IMG/VR virus record: IMGVR_UViG_3300037245_001637
Strand: one strand, 5' to 3'
Length of the DNA stretch: 20,000 nucleotides
Source: an uncultured virus (IMG/VR IMGVR_UViG_3300037245_001637)
Lineage: Duplodnaviria; Heunggongvirae; Uroviricota; Caudoviricetes
Shown: one piece after another, positions 14,635 through 20,000 of the stretch
Layout of the letters: every line of letters begins with the position of its first letter
Numbering within the stretch: position 1 is the stretch's first letter
The notes under the pieces: generated by a model
Databases searched by the model: none
What the model was told of the DNA's origin: nothing
The model's input: the letters and a program-made list of their open reading frames with translations, nothing else
Program-made: the position numbers and the translations under genes

Positions 14635-15043
14635 GCACTTTACCAACATAATTCTGTAAATTATTACATTTCCTGTACTTAAATGCATTCTTTATTAACT
14701 TTATTATAGGTGCTTCATATAGATCATTAGCTATTTTAGTGAGTTGTTTATCTTTCTTCCTAACTTTCCTGTCTGCTCTGTATTGCTCCCTATACATTGT
14801 AGTTAACTTCTTTCCCACATCCGTTTGTGGTCTGTTGGGTGTAAGTACAGTTGTTACATTATCCTCTCTTATTGTTAGCAGGATGCTTTTATGTAAGTAT
14901 GTTACTACTCTATATTCTGTATTATCTTTATAATCTAGGATAACGAAACTATTTGGGTAGCTTATATGAGTTAAGAATTCCTCTGTGACGTATATGTTAA
15001 AGCGTTCTATTAGCCTATCTTGGGCGTGGGTTGTGAATTTCAT
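14624..15043 (-). CDS. DUF4258/BECR-fold RNase-like protein
   Basis: N-terminal FTTHAQDRLIERF and strand-end VTTVL, followed by a basic tail. Confidence 0.6.
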   Translation of the reverse strand: MKFTTHAQDRLIERFNIYVTEEFLTHISYPNSFVILDYKDNTEYRVVTYLHKSILLTIREDNVTTVLTPNRPQTDVGKKLTTMYREQYRADRKVRKKDKQLTKIANDLYEAPIIKLIKNAFKYRKCNNLQNYVGKVLDL

Positions 15044-15471
15044 TTTACCTTCTTTCTAAACAGTAAAAGAAACTTATATAGTAAACCTTCTTCTTTAGGC
15101 TTAGGTACATTTGTTAATAATTCTATCTGTTTCTGAAGCTCTTGCATATTATTAAGGAACATTCTCTCGTTCATACTATATATATTATAATATGTTTCCT
15201 TTAAATAATATAATTCGTTTTCCATAGAGTAAACAAATGTTACAGGTATAACTGATTCTATTTTGTCTGTTATAGGATTTATAACACAATCAATCTCTGA
15301 TCCTAAATAGGAAACTCTTCTTATCTCTCTATTGTTTGGTGTTAAATTTATTAAAGAATAGTCTCTTATGTGTAAAAGGGACTGAGCTATTTTAGTACAA
15401 TTTAAAGGAGAGCTTCCTATATAAGGGTATCTCTCATCTAATCTTTCTTTTGCGTGTTGTGTCCATTTCAT
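15040..15471 (-). CDS. DUF4258/BECR-fold RNase-like protein (paralogue)
   Basis: N-terminal WTQHAKERLDERY and IDCVINPITDKIESVI. Confidence 0.6.
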   Translation of the reverse strand: MKWTQHAKERLDERYPYIGSSPLNCTKIAQSLLHIRDYSLINLTPNNREIRRVSYLGSEIDCVINPITDKIESVIPVTFVYSMENELYYLKETYYNIYSMNERMFLNNMQELQKQIELLTNVPKPKEEGLLYKFLLLFRKKVK

Positions 15472-16355
15472 ATTGTTTCTCCTAGTGTTAATAAGTCTTC
15501 TATTTCGTGTTGTTTTATTAATTCTGCATCTATGTTGTTTGATTTACTAATGTTATCTATAGCAGGCCAGACACGTAAATTTCTGTAATTCCACCATTTA
15601 TATAGGATGTCTTCATTCACAATGTTGTTCTCTTCAGCTAACACAAGTTGATCCATGTAATAACTAGATGGGATAATATGATCTATATGAAACAGGATGT
15701 TACCTTTAGTGTTCTTATTATAATCTTCCATCGTATATTGTCCTTTGTTTAAGTGCTTTACTAGTAGTTCTTTTGTTGTTCCCACATAAATCATTGTGGA
15801 AGATGGTTTTGTTGTACCGACTTTTTTTAGTTGCATAGTTAGCGAGGAGGATAATACCTGCCTTAACTTATTTTTAGGGTTACTGTTGTATTTTCTACTG
15901 TACGTTGCCCTGTGTTTTTTATTTTGTTTTGCCCACTTTTTGTGTCCTCTTTTACGTGTAAATTGTAGTTTTGTTTTATTTTTTTCTTCATATTCTTTTC
16001 TTTTAATGTGTTCACAGATAAAACAAAAGTTTCTTCCAAAAGGGAATACTTTTAAAGTATGGGGTTTTTCTTGCTTACATCCCCAACAAATTTTATTATC
16101 CTTATTACTAGTCCTATCATCCCCTACTGTATTTCCTGCCATGAGTTTCTGTTTGTTAGTCAGTTTTAGAAAGTTATTGGGGAAGCTAACTACATATTGT
16201 GTATTTGTGTATTTGTCTATAAGTCCTTGCCCAACAATCTCCGCATCTCCCCAGTTATTAGTAGGATGATTTGTTCCTGTAGCATATTTCTTAGAAGTAT
16301 TTTTATCTCTTAATAAAACAACTTCTCCTGAACTTAATGTAAATTCTGTTGGCAT
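15468..16355 (-). CDS. HNH endonuclease with zinc finger
   Basis: CWGC...CFIC; FHIDHIIP...NYRNLR...DNISKSN. Confidence 0.85.
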   Translation of the reverse strand: MPTEFTLSSGEVVLLRDKNTSKKYATGTNHPTNNWGDAEIVGQGLIDKYTNTQYVVSFPNNFLKLTNKQKLMAGNTVGDDRTSNKDNKICWGCKQEKPHTLKVFPFGRNFCFICEHIKRKEYEEKNKTKLQFTRKRGHKKWAKQNKKHRATYSRKYNSNPKNKLRQVLSSSLTMQLKKVGTTKPSSTMIYVGTTKELLVKHLNKGQYTMEDYNKNTKGNILFHIDHIIPSSYYMDQLVLAEENNIVNEDILYKWWNYRNLRVWPAIDNISKSNNIDAELIKQHEIEDLLTLGETI

Positions 16356-16391
16356 ATATCTTTTCCTCTCTTAAATCTTTAATATAATGTA

Positions 16392-16420
16392 ACTATACCC
16401 GATGTGGGGAAGTGTGTCAA
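16392..16420 (-). promoter_or_regulatory. Leftward promoter of the divergent region
   Basis: TTGACA-17-TATAGT. Confidence 0.8.
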
Positions 16421-16491
16421 GATCTATTTAAAATAAAGTTTATCTTTCTGAGAGTGCCCTAGAATGGAGTTGAGCAGAAAACTCAAACGAA

Positions 16492-16521
16492 GTGCCAAAA
16501 AAATTCCCACTGTGGTATAAT
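16492..16521 (+). promoter_or_regulatory. Rightward promoter (extended -10) for the KilA-N operon
   Basis: GTGCCA-18-TATAAT with TGG extension. Confidence 0.65.
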
Positions 16522-16577
16522 GGTTATAGAAGAAACTGTAATCACAGAATAAAATGAAAGCATAAAGGAGAACAAAA

Positions 16578-16904
16578 ATGTTAAAAGACAGTTGGATAGC
16601 AAGAGAGGATGGATGGGTAAATGCCACGGAATTAACTAAAGAAGGGAATAAGTTAAGAGCATTAAAGGGAAGGAAACCTGCTCGGATAGGATCGTACATG
16701 GAGACAAGAGAAACTAAAGAGTTTGTGGCATTCATCAAAAAGCAAGAGAATATTAGAAAAGTAACTAAAGGTGTGATAGGTTATCAAGGAGCAACATGGA
16801 TGCATCCTATAGTAGCTTTGGATTATTCATGGTATTTATCCTCCGAGGATAAGTTGGAAGGTATGGCAGAAGTCAGAGAAATGATTTTAAAGGGAGCAAA
16901 GTAA
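16578..16904 (+). CDS. KilA-N domain DNA-binding protein
   Basis: DGWVNATEL...TKEFV...GATWMHPIVALDYSWYLS matches KilA-N motifs; AAGGAG RBS. Confidence 0.88.
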   Translation: MLKDSWIAREDGWVNATELTKEGNKLRALKGRKPARIGSYMETRETKEFVAFIKKQENIRKVTKGVIGYQGATWMHPIVALDYSWYLSSEDKLEGMAEVREMILKGAK

Positions 16905-16906
16905 TT

Positions 16907-17806
16907 ATGGAAGAGAAGAAGATAGTACCTTTAGATGAGGTGATAGCTTATAGAAAGGAACATAAGTTGTGGTCGGAGGATCGGGATGTGTGTAGGGAGC
17001 GAGAGTGGAACTTTTGGGACTATATGGGAGAGGAAATTGGTGTTGGGTTTTATGGTTGGATGTGGAATTACTATGCAGGAGGACCCGCGGGAAATTTACA
17101 CTATGAGGAGGGTGCAAAAGAGTTTGTATGTATGACATGGAAAGAGAAAGTTATATGGGAACATATAAGAACTAAAAATCCTGATTGTCATGATGTAGAG
17201 GTTAATTATGAAACACTATGTGACTTAATTAATGAGCAAGATGTGACAGAAGAACTATTTAGATTGGAAGCTAAAGGACTTATTATTGTGTATAATCGGA
17301 GTCTTTATGAAGAAACACCTGAAATATTTGCTGTGGATGTAACACACAAAGGATTTGAGAAGGATAATGCAGAATACTCTTGGGAGACGATTATGAAAAA
17401 TATCAAGACTCAGGGTATTAAGGAAGAAAAAGAAAGGATAAGATTAAAAAACAAAGAAGAGAAGCCTAAGAATGGATATATTTATTATATGCACTCCGAT
17501 TTAGGGACAAAAATAGGATTGAGTGTTAATAAAACAAATAGGACAGGACAGTTAAAAACAATAATGCCTTGTGAAGAACTAAGAATAGATGTCTTTTCTG
17601 TTAATAACAGAGTTAAAGCAGAAAAGAGACTGCATAAAGAATTCAAAGATAAAAGATTCAAAGGAGAGTGGTTTCATTTAAAACTAGAGGATTTTTCGAT
17701 AGGGGAACAAATACTTAAAGAGGAATTTGAAGGAAAAAGAGTAGATGAAAACACAGAGAGTTATGTAGAAACTTATAAAAGATTTCCAAATGTACTTGAC
17801 AAATAG
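16907..17806 (+). CDS. Protein with central wHTH-like region and C-terminal T5orf172/MUG113 (GIY-YIG-like) domain
   Basis: GYIYYM...TKIGLS...R...L...AEKRLHKEFKDKRFKGEWFHL. Confidence 0.8.
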   Translation: MEEKKIVPLDEVIAYRKEHKLWSEDRDVCREREWNFWDYMGEEIGVGFYGWMWNYYAGGPAGNLHYEEGAKEFVCMTWKEKVIWEHIRTKNPDCHDVEVNYETLCDLINEQDVTEELFRLEAKGLIIVYNRSLYEETPEIFAVDVTHKGFEKDNAEYSWETIMKNIKTQGIKEEKERIRLKNKEEKPKNGYIYYMHSDLGTKIGLSVNKTNRTGQLKTIMPCEELRIDVFSVNNRVKAEKRLHKEFKDKRFKGEWFHLKLEDFSIGEQILKEEFEGKRVDENTESYVETYKRFPNVLDK

Positions 17807-17825
17807 ACCTACTTCATGTTAAACT
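17796..17825 (+). promoter_or_regulatory. Promoter for the replication module
   Basis: TTGACA-18-TAAACT with TG extension. Confidence 0.6.
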
Positions 17826-17847
17826 CTTTAAATGTAAGGAGAAATAT

Positions 17848-18174
17848 ATGGATAAAGTAGGAAGATTTGATATGACAGTGGCTAGAAGAATGGGTGTATC
17901 CTGTGGTATTATTTTACTAGAGTTACAAAGGGATATGGATTTTGTAAAGTTAGGCTTAGGGGGACAGATTGTAGAGGGTTGTCCTTGGATACTCTCCTCG
18001 GCAAAGGTCTTGGAGCAAAAACACCCTTACTTAACAAAAGATAAAATAAAAACGACATTAAAGAAACTAAAGGAAAATAATATGATTAAAACAAGACAAG
18101 ATATTAATGAACATATAGGGAACAGGGCTAATTGGACTACAGTTAACAAGGAAGAAGAATGGAAGAACAATTAA
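17848..18174 (+). CDS. Stand-alone wHTH protein, paralogous to the N-domain of the downstream initiator
   Basis: RFDMTVARRMG...W...HPYLT...KKL...RQDIN...NRANWTT aligns with KFNVTVAMEVG...W...MPYFT...QKL...RLDLN...DRTAWYT. Confidence 0.75.
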   Translation: MDKVGRFDMTVARRMGVSCGIILLELQRDMDFVKLGLGGQIVEGCPWILSSAKVLEQKHPYLTKDKIKTTLKKLKENNMIKTRQDINEHIGNRANWTTVNKEEEWKNN

Positions 18175-19607
18175 AGAATATAAATAAAACACAAGAGCAT
18201 AAGTTTAACGTAACAGTAGCTATGGAAGTAGGCCTCAATGCAGCTACTTTATTTTCTAGGATAAGTCACTGGGTAACTGATAATGAAGCAAATGAAAAAA
18301 ATAAAAAAGAGGGCAAGTATTGGACATATGACTCTAGGAAATCTATTATTGAACGTATGCCTTATTTTACAATGGATTCATTAAAAAGAGCAACGCAGAA
18401 ATTAGTAGATGCAGAATTTATAGAGGTTAGACTGGATTTAAATAGAAACTCATGGGATAGGACAGCTTGGTATACAATAGGTATTAGAGGATTTGATCCT
18501 AAAGTAAAAATCAAAAAACCCTCAGGCAAAAACCCTACCACCCTGAATGGGAATATCACTAATGATTATAACACTTATAAAGACACACATATAGACTTAG
18601 ATTTATCTAAAGATAAATTAGGAGATGAAGGATCTCCTAAAGATAATTTAATAGGAATTACTTCTAATGATAATTTAAATAGTAGTACTCCTATAGAAAA
18701 AGAAAGGGTAATTCCTATAGATTCCTATAATAAATTTAAGGTTTGGGTTAAGACATGGAGTGATAAAGTAGGCACCACAAGTCACACAGTCAAATCCCAA
18801 GAGCAAACACAACAAAAGAATGTATGGAGAATGTTCCTATACACCCAAGAAGCCTTTAAAGGCTTTCTCTCCTTCTATGATAACTACATAGAGGATTTAG
18901 ATGAGGGGTGGATGAAGCGAAATGCAATCACAAGAGAAAATATTATTGAAGCATCTAAGAAAAATACATTAAAAACCCTCTTAACTGATTATACTGCACA
19001 ACTAATTAAAGGACAAACAGTTAAAGATAACAATACTCACCTAGTAAATAAGTTTGATGAGTTCTTCTTAACTGAAAAAGTTGCTCCTGCTAATGAAAAA
19101 GGCTTTGTTAAGAAAAGTCTAATGTTACAGTGGTTATGTAGATCTATAAGATTAGCTGATCAGAAGGAAAACAAAAAAGAACTCCCAATACAAAGAAAAC
19201 ACGAAACACACAAAAGTATGTACCCAATGATAGACAAACTATTTGGAGTAAATAGAAAGAAACTAGATAAAACAACAGTAGACTTACAGAATCAATGTAT
19301 CAGATTAGCAGATGCTTTAATAGATGAGATCATTCTTAAAAAGCTTACATTAAAGGAGAAGCGTAAAACAGATAAATCAATACCTAAACTACCATCCTAC
19401 CAGATAAATAGTTTAGTCAATGATTTTAATGCCTATCACCCCACTACAGAGATATATTTAAAGAACTGGCAGTTACCTAGAACATTTATGCCTGGACGTA
19501 AGAGTTGGAATACATTTGTAGACTACCTAGCAAATAAACCAGATAATAAGCATGAAGTAAAACTATTTAATATTTACAAGCATGATGTGATTGAATACCA
19601 AGGCTAA
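18159..19607 (+). CDS. Putative phage replication initiator (N-terminal wHTH)
   Basis: HKFNVTVAMEVGLNAATLF..I.HWV..NEAN....EGKYWTY.S......MPY...DRTAWY is characteristic of phage replication-initiation wHTH domains, followed by a low-complexity linker. Confidence 0.75.
   Translation: MEEQLKNINKTQEHKFNVTVAMEVGLNAATLFSRISHWVTDNEANEKNKKEGKYWTYDSRKSIIERMPYFTMDSLKRATQKLVDAEFIEVRLDLNRNSWDRTAWYTIGIRGFDPKVKIKKPSGKNPTTLNGNITNDYNTYKDTHIDLDLSKDKLGDEGSPKDNLIGITSNDNLNSSTPIEKERVIPIDSYNKFKVWVKTWSDKVGTTSHTVKSQEQTQQKNVWRMFLYTQEAFKGFLSFYDNYIEDLDEGWMKRNAITRENIIEASKKNTLKTLLTDYTAQLIKGQTVKDNNTHLVNKFDEFFLTEKVAPANEKGFVKKSLMLQWLCRSIRLADQKENKKELPIQRKHETHKSMYPMIDKLFGVNRKKLDKTTVDLQNQCIRLADALIDEIILKKLTLKEKRKTDKSIPKLPSYQINSLVNDFNAYHPTTEIYLKNWQLPRTFMPGRKSWNTFVDYLANKPDNKHEVKLFNIYKHDVIEYQG
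18514..18730. repeat. Origin-like direct and inverted repeats inside the initiator gene
   Basis: AAAAACCCT x2 (18514, 18528); CTAA(A/T)GATAA x3 (18607, 18637, 18664); inverted repeats ATTTATCT/AGATAAAT and TTAGGAGAT/ATCTCCTAA; A(T/C)TCCTAT x4. Confidence 0.5.
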
Positions 19608-19714
19608 TCCTTTATTCTAGGCGTCTGACACCTGTTTCCTACGACTTTCTAACAGAAAAGGTATATGGGTTCAACTTTGGAAAGAAGACCGTTCTGAGAG
19701 ATAAAAATAAGGGG

Positions 19715-19743
19715 TTGACATAAGTATTCTATTAAGCTATATT
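19715..19743 (+). promoter_or_regulatory. Sigma70-type promoter
   Basis: TTGACA-17-TATATT. Confidence 0.75.
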
Positions 19744-19779
19744 AGAAGAAGATTAAGAGTAAAAGAGGAGAAAAAGGTA

Positions 19780-20000
19780 ATGATGAAATTAGTAAGCCTT
19801 AAAGATTATTTAGAAGACAGAGAATTATGGGTGGACATAGTTACTAAAAGTTTCTGGAGTAAAATACCAGATATATCAGGGTATGCAAAGCTTGTATATG
19901 TCAAAGCAGTTTCGGACCAAGCTCTTTTTGAGGAGGTGTATGGGATAGCCACTAAAAAATTTCACTCTATTCTGGATAGCTGCTTAGCAAATGCACCATA
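19780..20000 (+). CDS. Hypothetical protein, partial (runs off the window)
   Basis: GAGGAG RBS; MMKLVSLKDYLEDRELWVDIVTKSFW... open to the window end. Confidence 0.75.
   Translation, partial: MMKLVSLKDYLEDRELWVDIVTKSFWSKIPDISGYAKLVYVKAVSDQALFEEVYGIATKKFHSILDSCLANAP

Noticed and set aside
240..16269. Plus-strand ORFs in the track across the minus-strand gene block (e.g. 240-425, 2368-2580, 6868-7173, 15796-16269)
   Set aside because: Antisense shadows of well-supported minus-strand genes; Leu/Phe/Ser-rich composition and no convincing RBS.
16424..18559. Minus-strand ORFs 16424-16738, 16905-17138 and 18362-18559
   Set aside because: Antisense to the KilA-N, T5orf172-domain and initiator genes, which carry recognisable motifs.
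1..20000. Genome-wide TGA-to-Trp or TAG recoding
   Set aside because: TGA serves as the stop in many ATGA overlaps (2497, 5206, 7124, 7942, 15040, 15468), Trp is TGG in intact genes despite low GC, and long genes are uninterrupted in the standard code.
19780..20000. Paralogy between this partial ORF and the N-terminus of 16907-17806
   Set aside because: Only a weak K(I/L)VxL...LW...FW resemblance; too little to support.

Overview
AT-rich, gene-dense segment of a tailed bacteriophage genome, standard genetic code, with strong AGGAG ribosome-binding sites. From 1 to 16.4 kb about 50 mostly small genes run on the minus strand, many of them grouped behind ten near-consensus sigma70 promoters; this looks like an early/host-takeover region. 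At 16.36-16.58 kb a divergent promoter region switches to a plus-strand regulation/replication module: KilA-N, a wHTH plus T5orf172/GIY-YIG-like protein, a small wHTH paralogue and a replication-initiator-like protein containing origin-like repeats. Most notable: (1) a phage-encoded bacterial histone of the Bd0055/Leptospira type lacking the R-D clamp, next to an initiator-type tRNA-Met and two candidate structured RNAs; (2) two truncated SPP1-gp13-like major capsid protein homologues in early operons, one intact but apparently lacking the E-loop and one disrupted, which are candidate capsid decoys or assembly poisons; (3) a structured leader upstream of an HNH gene whose loops pair with upstream leader segments, reminiscent of P1 C4 and P4 CI RNAs; (4) an apparently inactive DUF262/ParB-like protein and a tandem pair of DUF4258/BECR-like RNase candidates. 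All family assignments come from motif recognition and reference sequences recalled from memory; no database searches were run.
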